Of a stretch of 64,000 nucleotides of DNA, positions 1 through 12,680 are shown in pieces. Below the pieces are notes generated by a model. The model searched no databases. It saw only the letters and a program-made list of their open reading frames with translations, and was not told the origin of the DNA. Source of the DNA: Octopus sinensis (lineage: Eukaryota). The stretch covers positions 38,006,001 to 38,070,000 of the forward strand of contig NC_043001.1 in NCBI RefSeq assembly GCF_006345805.1, given 5' to 3'. The first letter of the stretch is position 1, and each line of letters opens with the position of its first letter. A program made the translations under genes and the position numbers.

Positions 1-779
1 AAGGTATGACAAAATTAGGCTTGATAAGGTGCTGGTCAAAGATAATAGCTAAAGCGAGACTGGACTTTGAGGAAATAAAGTTAACGATCATAGATAAAAT
101 GCACATGAGGATAAGAATGACTATCTTGATGATATAATGTTGATATGATATCCAGAGGTTGATGTGTCTAATGAGAGAAAGAAACAAAGAATTTTAGATT
201 TAAATATATATATTTTGTAATATCTAATACTTCTCAGTAGAATTCTTTCTAGGATGAAATTCTAATCCAAATGAGATTTTTTTTTTTTCTTTTTGGAATG
301 GTCTGAAGTAGTGGTTCTTAACCTTAGAAGCAGTATTCCCTTCAAAGCATTGTGAGCTCACAAGAAAACAGTGTGTTGGGGAGATGCTTGATGTTTAGAA
401 AGACTGAGATTTTTTATAGAAGATATTTAAACCAAGTACAATTTTTATATTGTAAACATATTTTTAAAATATGCTTTGTTGTGATTAGAATATGAATAGG
501 ACATTGTATTATCAGTGACTAAGAATATGATTGATGATGTACTAAAGTCCAGCATAACTGGATTTCTTAAAGAATCTGTGACACTAGTCAGTGCAAATAT
601 CTAAAATAAAGCACATGCTGAATAGGGTAGTATAAGAGCATATGGATAGTAGACCACTGCACAAAATTAGCTTTTGTTTATTTAAAATAATTTGCTTTTT
701 TTTTTTTGTTTCTGAGAAACATGGGGGTGAGTGTCTGTAAATTGGGGTTACTAAGTTCAAAAGTTGAGAATCAGTGATC

Positions 780-1700
780 TAGAACAAATGGCTGTGCCCA
801 TAGCCTTTGTAGGCTCAATGAGATCAGTGAGAACAATACAGCTAATATTTGGCCTTAAGAGTTGAAAATCAGTACCTGTAGGGAAAAGTATGTAGAAAGT
901 GATTGCCAAAGGGCTATTAATCTTGGACTAGGCAGCACTATCTCTAACAGATTGTGAGACTCAGGCAAGTTAGTGTACCAACTTGACCAGCACTGTCTGG
1001 CATTTTTCTGCTCTGCATCCAAGCCTCACAATGGAGCCTGACTCAATGTGGTGCCATCACTCATGATTGGCACTCAGCTTCCTAGTGACTGTTTGCACAT
1101 TAGCATTTCCCTGAGGCTTAGCCTCCAAATCTGTGAGCCTTGTGAATGCCACTGGATCCTTTCAGCCTCTATCCACAGTCATGCCATCATAGTACTGGTC
1201 ATCTCCTGTGTCATACTGCCCTTAAACGAGATCATAAAGCATGGCCTAGATACTATTGGCTTCCCTTTACAGCTTGAACCAGTGGGGCTAGACTGAAGGG
1301 GCAATAAAAGGCCTGATGGTATGACAATTTTCCCATTTTGTAGCAGTAGGCCTCTCATCTGGGATGTCTCATGCTGTGACACCTTCTCCAGTGGCAACTT
1401 AGTGCGTTCAACTACCACCCCTGGTTCCACTGCTCATCAGAAAAGCAAACTGTCAAGGTATCAGTTACTCTCTGTTGGGTTTATGATCAAGCTTGTAGCA
1501 GTGGAGGCCTCCAGTGTTCTTTACCCCAAGACCATATCCTTGCTCACTGCTATCAGGGCAGAGATGGCTATCTGCAAGTGTGAGCCCCATGAGTCAGAGT
1601 AGCTGTTCCAGCACATCTGCCTTACTATCCTCTGGAGCAACATTCTTTCTATTTTGTCTGCTTGGACTATGAGGTGCTCTGAATTACAGAAAATTGTAGT
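780..1700 (+). mobile_element. Degraded CRE-clade non-LTR retrotransposon 3' end (zinc knuckle plus restriction-like endonuclease)
   Basis: Broken frames read ...LNEIIKHGLDTIGFPLQLEPVGL*RGNKRPDGMTIFPF...LIWDVSCCDT...VAVEAS..., matching the RPDG...WD...D RLE pattern of CRE elements. Contains stops and frameshifts; boundaries approximate. Confidence 0.65.
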
Positions 1701-1944
1701 TTCCATTCTTTTAAGTTTCTCTGTATAAGTTGCTCTGTTGAATTCTCATTTCTGCAAAATAACTTGCCAGCCTGTTGTTAAAGTTCATATTTAAAACTTT
1801 GTTCCTCCTGTTCTTTTGATGATATCAGAAATGGAATTGATGAATAAGTTTGCTAACTTTTCTTCATAATCCAATCTTAAGGTCTTTCTGTAGAAATTTT
1901 CTTTTATTTTATTTACATTTGATTTTACATGCTAAATTGGATAG

Positions 1945-2341
1945 ACTCTCTCTCTTTTACTCTTTTACTTGTTTCAGTCATTTGACTGCAGCCATGCTGG
2001 AGCACCACCTTTAATCGAGCAACTCAACACCGGGACTTATTCTTTTGTAAGCCCAGTACTTATTCTATCGGTCTCTTTTGCCGAACCGCTAAGTAACGGG
2101 GACATAAACACACCAGCATCGGTTGTCAAGCAATGCTAGGGGGACAAACACACACACGCATATATATACATATATACGATGGGCTTCTTTCAGTTTCCGT
2201 CTACCAAATCCACTCACAAGGCATTGGTCGGCCTGAGGCTATAGTAGAAGACACTTGCCCAAGGTGCCACGCAGTGGGACTGAACCCGGAACCATGTGGT
2301 TGGTAAACAAGCTACTTACCACACAGCCACTCCTGCGCCTA
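1945..2341 (-). mobile_element. tRNA-derived CORE-type SINE, near full length
   Basis: Minus strand begins GGCGCAGGAGTGGCTGTGTGGTAAG (A-box-like) then GGTTCAGTCCC (B-box-like) and the CORE motif ACCTTGGGCAAGT. Related copies lie at ~23770-23900, ~27300-27460 and ~30380-30600. Confidence 0.85.
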
Positions 2342-3755
2342 TATAGACTAGTTCTATATCTTTGATTATCTGTATGAATTGTTGAAGCTGGTATTTTGAG
2401 AGCAACTATTCCACTTTGCAGTCAGATGTAATGTCACTGTCTTAACATTAGAATTGTGTTTAACCTCCAATACTTTTCCTTAAAGAAACTTACTTTCAAC
2501 CTCATGCTAACATCCATCTTCCTTTTGATGTTATATTCTTGAAAAAATGAGTAGTAACCGAGACTTGATTGCTAAAGAAAACATTTTTTTCATTTTAAAG
2601 TGGAATGCTGAGTTGTACATACATGAAGGTGCTAAAGTTTAATGTTATTTTCTGTTATAAGTACTGAGGGAACCACTGCCCTAACATGTACTTTTCCATA
2701 CTTGCATGATTCAGGCAAGAGTATGCTGGAACAATTTTCCATCATGTGTCTGTTTTCTATCATGTATTATATGTCTCGTATTTTTGTAATATAATGGACT
2801 TTGTTATTCAATGTGTCATTTTAAAATTTTGAATGTGGTGACTGAAACTTGATAAACATGTTTCAGCTAAACTTTGGCCCAAGCCATATCTAATTTAATA
2901 GCACCACCTGATAGGATCAGTTAAGTAATTTTTAAATCAAATTTTGTGGTCATCATGATCTATTCAAGTAGGGAGCTCTTGTTGACTGAGATGTATTCAA
3001 GTATAGGTGACTTACCTGATATCCCTTGAAGAAATTTGTCCAGGTATTATTTGAAGATGATGGGATTTTTTTTTCTTTTTTGATTTCTTTTGGGATAACA
3101 TTAATTAGTGCAGGGCCTGTTGAGAAAAAGAAATTATATTGCACTGTATTCAGATGTTGTGAGCCTGAATAAGAAAATTTGGCTGTTATTTTAGTTGCTC
3201 AAGTGACCACACAGAAATCTTTCTTCATTGACTTGGTTGTTGCTTAGTCCCATATCAGTTCTGATGAACCAAATCTATGATGAAAGGCATTCCAGTAAAC
3301 ATCATTTTTTAAATATTTTTTATATCAGGAATTACATTGTCTTATACATCCCTTACTTAAGATGGTAGGTGTATTTGTATTTTGAAGAGGATATGACTGC
3401 TGTTTCCAGCAGGTCATACAATATGTAGAAGTTTCTTTGTTGAACATCAATACTGTATCACTGCCTAACATTACTTGTAAGGCTGTAATACAGCAGAAAA
3501 CAGTTCTTCCACTTTCTGTTTCATTCCTTTAGAGAGGTATGTGATTGAGGTAAGCGGTAATATGAGGTTATGAGTTACTTGAAGAGGGTGTGACAAGTGG
3601 TGAGAAGGTAGCCTGGCAGAGTTCCCATGGCCCTGGAACAGTTAAGATTATTTTTATTTAATTACATAATAATCATTTGAAGAATCACCTTAAGGTTTTG
3701 ACTATGGTGTATGGCTTCTAAATTGTGCTTAGAGTTTATGTATTTTGTAACTATA

Positions 3756-5269
3756 CGCTGAACCGCAAAAGAAACACAATTTTTTCAAATGTTATTTTTA
3801 TATGGTAAATTCTGAAAATTTATTTCGGGGATATAAGTGTAAATATTCCAAGACATGCTGTTTATGGCTGAGACCCAAATTGTAGGTAACCTTTCAACTT
3901 TCCCTGAAACGAGACGCCAAAACACAGCTGCATTGAATGCAGTGGGTGGCAGTTGCAAACAATTGTCATGAAAACCAAAATGCACGTGCATCTCATTGGA
4001 GGTTATGGGTATAAAAATCAGCTCAAACCATATTCCTGGCATTCATAATTTGGATGCATCAAGCATGACCTGATTGTCAGCAGCGCAGAGAGAACATGCT
4101 ATTGGTCAATTGCAAGCAGGGCAGCATACCTGGTTGTTGCGAAAGCTTATAATGTCCATGTCTGCACCATCTATTGCCTGCAACAGTGATACAACAAGAC
4201 CAACAGCACTGCAGACCGTGCCTGCAGAGGGCACTCCTGGGTGACCATGCCCAGGTAGGACTGTTTCATCCACCTTTGACACCTCTGTGATTGCTTTGGA
4301 CTTGCCAGTGTGACAGCTTATGAGACCATTGGCACTGGACAGCAACCCATCAGTGACAACATGGTATAACATCAACTGTCCGCCAACAACCTGCATTGCC
4401 ATCATCATGCTCAAGGGCTTGTCCTTGCCACCCACCACCATCACACATGACTACAGTGGAGCACACTGCACCAACAATGGAGGTCAATAGTCTTCTCTGA
4501 CAAGAGTCAGTAGTGCATTTCTACCTCAGATGGCAGAGTGAGGGTGTGACCTAGGAGGGGTGAATGCAACAGAGATGCATGTGTCATGGAGAGAGATATA
4601 TGGCGTGTACAAAGCATCATGGTTTGGGGTGCTATATACCTGAATCAGAGAATTGGGCCCCATGTGTTCCAAAATGTTGATGCAGGCAGAGGGAATGGCA
4701 TCACAGCACAGCACTACGTTGACCAGATCCTAAGACCTCACATCGTGCCCTTCTTCACATGTCACCATAGCCACATGTTCCAGCAGGACAGTGTTCCCTC
4801 CCACGTCGCCAGGGTCACCATGGAATTCCTGCATCAGAACCATGCAGTGGCCAGCTCTCAGCCCAGATTTGAACCCAATTGAACTCCTGTGGGATGAAAT
4901 CCAGTGACGGTTGAACCAGGTGGTCCCAAGACCAACAGCTTATGTGGAACTGGGAGTAGCTTTCCTCAGAGTGTAGGCACAGGTGCCAATGGCTTTTGTG
5001 AACCACCGCATGCACTCTGTGTACCAACGGTGTATGGGCGTTTTAAACACCCAGGGAGGGCATACACGGTATTGAACATGTCACACCCTACAATGTCAAT
5101 GTGCTAGATCCACCCACTACCAGAACATATGACAACGACCCATAGACTGTAGTCAAAGTGCATCCAAGAAATTGACTTTATCAGATATATCAAAATTTAT
5201 CTCTGACATAATGAAATTAAAACACATTTCACAGTCACACATATCTCGTGTTTCTTTTGCAGTTCAGTG
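3756..5269 (+). mobile_element. Full-length degenerate Tc1-family DNA transposon
   Basis: TIRs CGCTGAACCGCAAAAGAAACAC and GTGTTTCTTTTGCAGTTCAGTG, flanked by TA at 3754-55 and 5270-71. Transposase remnants include SIMVWGAI, FQQDSVPSHVAR and SPDLNPIELLWDEI, with frameshifts. Confidence 0.9.
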
Positions 5270-6014
5270 TATTTTATATTTGGTTTTTAGCTTCTTTCCT
5301 ACATGTTAATATTCTTAATGTGTTGATAAAATATCAAGTATTTTAAAGGAAACATAGATCAAGATAGTTATAGTTGATCTGAAAAAAAAAAGCAAATCCT
5401 TGGAGAAATTTGTGAAGTGAAATTTATTCTACAGACATACTAACTGATGACAATATTTGGTTTTTGCTTGCTATCCTTTTTCTTTTTCCTATTAAACTGC
5501 TTAATGAAATGAGATAAAGTAAACTATTTTTCTGTATTAAGTTTCTTAGAAACAAACTGGATACAGTGAGTGTTGTAAAGTAGGAGTATGCTTCTAGAAA
5601 GCTGAAATCAGAGTTGATCTTCGGTCAAAGCCATTCTACTTTGTTTATACTGATAACAGCTTACAGAAAAGCATTAACATTACCTTTGAATCTGGAGTGA
5701 GAAGACCAACAACAAATAGAAATAGCTTAATAGTTTCTGTAAACATACTAATCGTGTTCCCTCAGATGGAATATGTATTAAATGCTTGGAACAGTCCACT
5801 CAAGAAACCATTGGCTATATTTATTTTGTGCCTTATAAGCAACAACCTTTTTAATACTATCATCATTACATTTCTTTTCTTTATATCAAGTTTTCTTAAA
5901 AATAAAATTATAAATTCAATGTACTTAGATCTATGGTTAAAGTTTTAACAGCTTAATTTTGGGCTTAATATAATTTTTTATTTCCTAATGTTAGAAACAG
6001 TTCTGTATTACCTT

Positions 6015-6922
6015 CTGTCTACCAGAAAGTTTTCGGACTAGTTCTGTAGCATGCCAACAGGTGGCAGCACATAGTAGCATATGCAGTGAGAGCTAGCAGT
6101 GACCTACATGAGGCAGTGTGCTGAGTGACATCACTGCTTATTTTGCAAGTTGTGAAATTTGTGTTTTTGTGATCACAAGTATGATGTAGTGTATGATTTT
6201 GTCATGGACAGGAACGAGCCAACATGAAATTTTGCCTTAAACTTGGGAAGTCTGCTACGGAGACATTGAGCATGCTTCGGCAAGCTTATGACAATGAGGC
6301 AATGGGTTGTACGCAATGTTTCGAGTGACACAGGCACTTCAAAAGCAGAAGAATGTCCCTAGGAGACAGTGAGCGATCTGGAAGACCTGCCATGAGTGTC
6401 ACTCCTGGAAATGTGATATTGTGCATCAAGAATTCATGCCCCAGGGCCAGACCATAAATCAAGAGTTCTACTGCGATGTTTTGAAACATCTGAGGGAGGA
6501 CATTCAGCGAAAGCGACCGGATCTGTGGAGCTTGAAGAATTTGATTCTTCACTATGTCAATGCACCCTGTCACTGAGCTCTCCTCACTCTTGAGTTTCTC
6601 ACCAAAAACAACATGGTATCGCTTCCGCACCCACCCTGTTCACCAGATTTAGCACCTGCAGACTTCCATCTCTTCCCCAAGATGAAAATGCAGCTCAAAG
6701 GTCACTGTTTTAACCACCATTGTTGAGATCCAGAATGAATTATTGACGTCCTCGACTCAGGGAAAATAACTTCCAGGCTGGATTCCAAAAGTGGCAGGAA
6801 CACTGGGACCAGTGAATTGCTGTGCAAGGTGACTGTTTCAAAGGAGATGATGTTAAAACTTGGATAAATAAGTTATTTTTTATTAAACATAATTAGTCTG
6901 ACAACCTTTTGATACCACCTCG
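6015..6922 (+). mobile_element. Internally deleted mariner element
   Basis: Transposase remnants MKFCLKLGKSATET... and LPHPPCSPDLAPADFHLFPKMK. Right end ...GATACCACCTCG followed by TA; left TIR degraded. Confidence 0.85.
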
Positions 6923-7459
6923 TACATTTATATGTCCAAACAAAACCCAACAGCTTTACATTTCATAAGTAGGACTATGAAACTCTTGTTTTGACTATTC
7001 ACATAAATATTTGAATGTTTAGAAACATCATCTTTGATACTATAAAAAGATAAATATAGATTTACTGGGAAAAATAATTAGACAGCCATCATTTTTCAAA
7101 ATATTTCCACCATATTTTTTCTGTTTAGTTAATTAATGCCTATCTTATTTCTTAACCCCTTGTGTTACATATTTCTATCACAAAATGTCCAATTCATGTC
7201 ATTTTCTCACATTTAGTGAGGAAGTTGTTTGCTGAATGTGAGAAAAATGAAATAATCTGGCAATATTTTAAAACCTTGTCATTTAACAACAGTTTAAATT
7301 CAATAAATATGCCTTGCATTACCTTTCTCTTTATTTTAACAATGAAGTGTTATCTCACGTAACTGTCAATTTGGAATTTACAGAAAGAAAAGAATGTTTA
7401 AATAGAACTAACTCTAGCTCTTTTAATACCATGTTGGTATGCAGAGATGAATTATAAAG

Positions 7460-7925
7460 CTGTAATAATAATAATCCTTTCTACTAAAGGAATAAAACCT
7501 GAAATTACATTGACCCCAGTGTTTCACTAGTACTTAATTTATCAACCTTGAAAGGCAAATTTGACCTTGGTGGCATTTGAACTCAGGACGCAAAGATGGA
7601 TGAAATGCTGCTAAACATTTTACTCAGTACGCTAACGATTCTGCCAGCTTGCTGCCTCAATAATAATAATGATAATCCTTAGTGGTAATTCAACTGTCTT
7701 TACATTCTGTTCAAACTCCACCGGAGTCGACTTTGCCTTTCATCCTTTCGGGTCGATAAATTAAGTACCAGTTGCATACTGGGGTTGATCTAATCGATTG
7801 GCCCCCGTCCCAAAATTTTCAGGCCTTGTGCCAAGAGTAAAAAAGAATAATAATAATAATCCTTTCTACTAAAGACACAAGGCCTGAAATTTGTGTGGAG
7901 GGGGGGGGGGCTAGTCGATTAAGTT
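7460..7925. mobile_element. Cluster of Nin-domain SINE copies in both orientations with (AAT)n tails
   Basis: Recurrent GACTTTGCCTTTCATCCTTTCGGGTCGATAAATTAAGTACCAG core and TAATAATAA tails. Confidence 0.8.
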
Positions 7926-7934
7926 ACTGTTAAC

Positions 7935-10900
7935 ACGATGGTTAATAATTTTATGGGTATTTACCAAGTCAGTTGCCAGACATCGGAGCTTCAGTGTATC
8001 CATGCCCAGGGAAGCAAGGCATTCAGAGTATGGTAGATGCCTGATGGAGAGGATTTGCTTGGTTGCACATCTCTGAACAGTTTCTTATCTGAGCAAGATA
8101 TGGGTTCCAGACCGGTGATACAAATTCCAAGTGTGGCCGCACCATAGCCTTAAATAGATAGCTGGAGAGTGGCTGACAAAGGTCTTGCTGATTGATGTCA
8201 AGATAACCCTGGCCTCGACAATTTTAGAGCTGCACAAATTGCTACTGACAGTAATGCCCAGGTCACATTCACAAGAAAACTTCTTGATATTAGTGTTGTG
8301 GAGGGAGTATGTGGATGCTGGGTTTTTCCTCCCAAAATGCATGGTGGTACAATTGTCCACAGCCAGCTTGAGTTGCCAGTCCTTGATCCATTGCTGCAGT
8401 GTGTCCAAGTCCAATTGCAGGAAAGATCTATAGTGTTCAGGATCTGTCCTTTTTATCTCAAGGTACAACATGTCATATTTCAGCATTGTGGCATTCTTTA
8501 AGTTGGCATCTATGTCATTAATGTATGCAACAAACAAAAGGGGACCAAGAACAGATCCCTGCAGTACACCAGATGATATCTTATAGGCTGAAGAATGCTG
8601 TCCTAGAACAGTGATTACCGCTTTTCAGCTGAGAATGGATGACTACAACCAGTTATAAAGATCATCTTTCACACCCATTGCAGAGAGTTTTGCCATAAGT
8701 CTTTCGTGTGACACAGATTAAAAGCTTTAGCAAAGTCAAGGTAAACAACATCCACCCATGAGCCGTCATCAGTGATCCAGGTGATGTCTTCAAGAAACAG
8801 TAAGTTGATCATAGCAGCTGGAGTAAGGGATAAATCCAAATTGTGGGCTGGATAAGGCTGTGAGAATTCCAGAAGTTCCAGACTTTGTGACACAGGATTC
8901 CATCAGTTTGGCAATGCAGCTAGTAAGACTGACTGGACAATAGTTGACAGACAACATGTGGTCACCCTACCCACCACTTTTGAAAAGCAGGTATGTAACA
9001 CCATCAAGACCAGGAGAGGCATAGTGGCACTTATTCTTAAAGTGATGTTGCAACATTGCAGGTGTAAATTTCATAGTTGTTATAGAATTTGATGTCAGAG
9101 TTGGTGGAGATGGTACATTTTGATTTTCAACAGTGAAAATGCCTGCATAGCATTCAGCAATGAGTTCTGTGCACTTGTGTGTACCACTCCCAGACCCCAC
9201 AAAAAACACATATTGCTGACAGCAATAAGATGAAAAGTGCTGCCTCTTTAAAAGTTCCGTCCAGGGAACACTGCCCCCATCCCCAAGCGATGCTAATGGT
9301 TGTTCTACGCATTCTTTGAGATCGTCAGTAATCTGACTTGTGTGGGGTTTGCGAAAAAGACCAACTGGAGAGCGAGGTCTCTACATTGAATGTACATATT
9401 TCCAGAACACTTTACTGTCAGTGTTGGTTGCTATGCATTGTTCAAATTTAAGTACTCTCCTTTCTGTCACCTGCTTGAGATGGATGATTTATTGCGCTTT
9501 TTCTATTTATATCTGATTTATGCAGTTTGTATTCCAGTTCAGCATACAACATTCTTTCCTGACAAGTCTGACTGCTGCAGTCTCCCAAATTGCAATTTTG
9601 GGATGTTTTTTGTGCTTACGCGGTACTGATGTTGTACATACTGTCTATATTGAGCTCAGAATGTTTTGAAGTATAGTATTGTTCTTAGTCTTCATAAATG
9701 ACTTGCCCGACGACCTCACGCAACACACCCTTCTATTTGCCGATGATATCAAACTGCTCACGGTGATATAGAGGATCTTCGTCGATGCCTCCACCAAATT
9801 TGGAGGTGGTCTAACGAATGGGACCTGTGTCTGAACGTGTCAAAGTGCTGTCATCTGCCTGTTGGCTCTCCCCCTGCAACTCAACTTGATTTCGAGCCGG
9901 GTTGTCTGCTGCTGGAGAGGACCGATCAGGTAAAGGACCTGGGTATCTTGGTGGATTCCTCCTTTTCGCCTTCGGCCCAGTGCGTCCATGCTGCCAACAA
10001 AGCACGCGGAATTCTGTTCTTGATTCGACGGTCATTCGGAATGCTCACAGCAGCCATATTCCTACCACTCTATGTCACGCTGGTGAGACCCATATTGGAG
10101 TACGGGATTCAAGCCTCTTCTCCTTATCTCCTCAAAGACATACAGCATCTCGAAAGAGTCCAGAAGCTGGCTACCCGCATGGTTCATGGTCTCAAAAATT
10201 TGTCCTATGAAGAAAGGCTGAGGACGCTCGACCTTTATTCTCTAGAAAAACGCCGCCACCGTGGTGATCTCATTCTCGCCCACAACATCATAAGCGGAAA
10301 GTGTAACCTCTCGAAGAGCTGTTCTTCACTCCTGCTCCAGAGCGTCGGCTGCGGGGTCATTCCGAAAAGCTCTACCTGCGACGATTTCATCTCAATCGAA
10401 GGAGAGGAGCTTTCTCTGTCCGGTTGCGGATCCGTGGAACAAGCTGCCAGACGAGATGGTGAAGATGCCGACGACCGCTTTGTTCAAAGCCTCCCTTGAC
10501 CTCAAGTGGCCTGAACTCTTTACATGAACACCACCCTGTACTTAACTCCATGTCCCCCTACATGGCCTTGCTATTTGCTTTTGAGCCAAATTAACTAACT
10601 AACTAACATTCACATCTCCAGAGTTGTAAAATTCCAACTAGTTTGGGCATTCTAGCTCAGTGCAGTAAGAGTTCCAGTCTAAGCGACCAGTTTGGAAATG
10701 GCTGTGGTCTTTGTTACTGCCCATAAGGGACAAATTGGCAATGATCAGAGTTGCTTAAAGGTTCCTCAGTAGTAACACTAATAACCATTTCAGGAGTAGT
10801 GGTAAAGAGTAGATCCAAAGTTTTGTCACCTCTTGTTGGGGAGTTGACTACTTAGAACCAGTTTGAGTCCAGCACTAGCTCAAGGAAATCATTTGCATTT

Positions 10901-11950
10901 TGCAGCCAACAAAAGGTTTCCCAATCAATCTCAGCATGATTGAAGTTGCCTGCAATAAAAACAATTAGTGGCTGTTTTCCTGATGGCAGTTCTGAAGATA
11001 TCACAAAGTTGTGTGTCCTGATGGTAATTTGGTGGGTGTAGGTAAACAACTCCAAGTAAAAGTGTTGACACAGTCATACATATATCGCAGAAAATTACTT
11101 CTTGTGATTGGTTCAAATCAATGCAAGGAATTGTTGAAAAGTTTGAATGAATGTAGACCATCTCACCACCTCTACAACAATTAATATGGTCTTTGCGATA
11201 CAGGTTGTTGCCAGCTATACTGCAAATCTCATCACAGAATAAGGAATGTGCCCATGTTTCCATGACTGTAATGAAATGGGGGTTGATACCTTTGACGTAA
11301 GAATCAAAAAGATGTATTTTGTTGCACAAACTATGAGCATTTAAGGACAACAATTTGTACCTTGATTTCAGGCTATGATGGTCTGTAGGGGATGGCAGAT
11401 TGTTCTGATTTAGTTTCCCACAGTTTTTTCACTGCCAGCTATTGTGGTACAGTGTATTCGGACCAGCTGGTATCTCCTTTCCATGTTTCACCAACCTTAA
11501 TAAACTTCCATATCTGCCCATCGTCACATAGGCTAAAGCTTTCATGTTGTGCTGAGTTGCGATTTAAGGAAGCTGCAGCATGTAGCTTTGTACGTACATC
11601 AGGTGTTAGGCCAGGGCATGTTCTAAAGGTAATTCTATTTTCACATCTAGCTTTACCAGGGGCTAAAAGGTATGAACGTGCCTCAGTAGAGTTTGAAAAA
11701 GACAGCCTGATTAGTTTGGGTTTTGGTCCTAGTTGACCAAAGCAGAGAACACCCTTTGGAGGAGCACAGCCTAGGTTTTTGGATGAGCTGGCAGCAAATT
11801 CCAGAAGGTCAGCTATGTCCTCTGATACAACAATGGCAATTATTTCGTGGCTAACAGATTCAGTGGCTGTCTCAATGCATCTAGATTTGGCAAGAGCCAC
11901 AGGGAGATTTTTTAGCCAGGCACTCCGATAAGATCTCTCATTGCAGAGTT
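7935..11950 (-). mobile_element. Old CR1/L2-type LINE (ORF1-like region, APE endonuclease, RT), decayed and interrupted
   Basis: ORF fragments: 10931-11353 LSLNAHSL..ITVMETW (endonuclease), 10852-11055 AGNFNH, 8669-8893 VDVVYLDFAKAF and 8085-8537 FVAYINDI..WQLKL (RT). 11439-11900 is ORF1-like. Confidence 0.85.
9677..10607 (+). mobile_element. Young 5'-truncated CR1/L2 LINE nested in the older LINE
   Basis: LFLVFINDLP..LFADDIKL and a 220-aa ORF containing [28 protein letters not shown]; ends in a (TAAC)n tail. Confidence 0.9.
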
Positions 11951-12169
11951 CTACATGAACACTTGATTTGATTTCTGCTATTTCTCATCTTAAAGGTGAA
12001 ATCATTTGTTGTATTTCTGCAAACTCTGTATGGATGGTCGATCTTTGTTGTTGTTGATGTTCTTCAACAAGAATGGTAGGGGAAGACACAGTCATCCGTT
12101 GTTGTTGATGAGAGGTAACGGGAAAGGACGACATGAGTTGCACAGACTTTAAAGAAGTGAAGCTTGCCA

Positions 12170-12680
12170 TAGATGATTTCATACGCAGAACCATGGCTAG
12201 TTTGCAGAGAATATGCCACCTCATCGATGGTCACATTGGTTCACCAGAACCATCTTTCAAGCTTGTTGAGTCTTCACACTAGTGATGGAGGTTGTTGAGC
12301 ATCCTGCTCTCTCTTCATGCTTCACTCTTGTCTGGCCATTTTAAAACTTCTTGATCCATTCATACTCACTTCTATAAGGCAGAGCACTTTCCTTGTACTG
12401 TACTGAAAGTTTATGATGAATTTCAGCCCCTGACACAGCTTCAGACTAGAGAAATCGGATCACTGATTTCTATTCTTCTTTGGTGCACACTGCCAGTGGT
12501 GCAGCTGTGTTTACTCTGTAACAGAAGAAAGAAAACTTGAACAATCTAGGTCAAACTTTGGTTATGTAACCACAAGAGTACCACCTTTTAGTGCACAAGC
12601 ACTGAAGGCAGTGTGGCCAACCTAAAGAAATTTAGACAAAAGTACAGATAATTTTTTACTTCTAGGATTTACTTAGTTTG
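12170..12680 (-). mobile_element. Mariner 5' fragment (HTH region), degraded
   Basis: Minus-strand remnant resembles a mariner N-terminus (..VYEWIKKF..GQTRVKHEERAG..). No intact ORF. Confidence 0.5.

Noticed and set aside
2270-2341. tRNA gene
   Set aside because: The A/B boxes belong to a SINE head continuing into the CORE domain; no complete cloverleaf is seen.
11439-11900. Novel host gene (153-aa ORF)
   Set aside because: It lies immediately upstream of the LINE endonuclease on the same strand and is best explained as an ORF1 remnant.
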